The notes beneath the pieces were generated by a model. That model made no database searches. It was not told the origin of the DNA and was given only the letters and a program-made list of their open reading frames with translations. Below, in pieces: positions 63,519 to 64,000 of a stretch of 64,000 nucleotides of DNA. Location: positions 17,732,001 through 17,796,000 of the forward strand of contig NC_086126.1 in the NCBI RefSeq assembly GCF_963921235.1. Reading direction: 5' to 3'. The translations under genes were made by a program, and so were the position numbers. The stretch's first letter is position 1, and each line of letters begins with the position of its first letter. This stretch comes from Mobula hypostoma (taxonomy: Eukaryota).

Positions 63519-64000
63519 CCACGGCGACAGTGATTGCTGTGAACTGAACTGAACTCAATTGAACTGAACTTTGCGTCACTTGAAACTGGTCATTTACCCC
63601 TAGACGACGATAGAGCTTGATTGATCCTATTATCCTAGATCTGTGCACATGTGTGTTTATTCATTGCTAACCTTTTGCATTTATATCCTTACTATTAGAG
63701 TACTGTGTTGCTTATTTCTTTAATAAAACTTTCTTAGTTCCAGTAATCCAGACTCCAACTGAGTGGTCCATTTCTGCTGGTTTGGCAACTCAGTTACGGG
63801 GTACGTAACATAAGTGGGGTTCTCGTCCGCGCTATTGAACGCCAAATTTGGGACGGAGTAAATTGATTGGGTTAAAATTCCCGAAAGAAAGAAAAGCCAA
63901 ACAGCAGAAATGGAGATTGAGGAATTTCTAAAGGCGCCGACCTTGGAGGCATTAGAGGATGCCAGGAAAGCGGAATTGGCAGCTGTGGCCAAATGGTTGA
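62879..64000 (+). mobile_element. Gypsy-type LTR retrotransposon 5' end: LTR 62879-63810, tRNA-Pro-like PBS, start of gag (ATG 63910)
   Basis: TGTGACG...CGTAACA; AATAAA 63722; tggggttctcgtccg resembles the tRNA-Pro PBS TGGGGGCTCGTCCG; MEIEEFLKAPTLEALEDARKAEL resembles a Gmr1-like gag start. Confidence 0.85.

Overview
Eukaryotic (vertebrate) genomic DNA. The repeat landscape points to a cartilaginous fish (shark/ray); this is inferred, not proven. The window holds a dispersed, partly decaying replication-dependent histone cluster: H2B(+), H2B(+), H2A(+), H1(+), H3(-), H4(-), each with a 3' stem-loop. It also holds an orphan H2A promoter, an H4 3'-end relic, a C2H2 zinc-finger pseudogene and an intact two-exon GPR139/GPR142-like GPCR. 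Everything sits in a dense matrix of mobile DNA: CR1, Rex1/Babar and I/Nimb-like LINEs, Penelope-like elements (PLEs), two Tc1 families, a solo LTR, the 5' end of a Gypsy element and a 46-bp minisatellite. Most notable signal: a PLE system whose 3' repeat carries a minimal hammerhead-ribozyme motif (consensus CAGTC-CTGATGA-AGGGTCTCGGCCC-GAA-ACGT-C-GACTG). About 12 copies occur, many in short non-autonomous fold-back elements. Two of those short inserts have exact 14-bp target-site duplications, as does the RT/GIY-YIG-encoding PLE. Other highlights are a Tc1 end that closely resembles Sleeping Beauty (horizontal-transfer candidate) and an H1 promoter with a TG-box exactly 354 bp upstream of its H1-box. 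Repeat boundaries are approximate and family names rest on motif recognition only; no searches were run.
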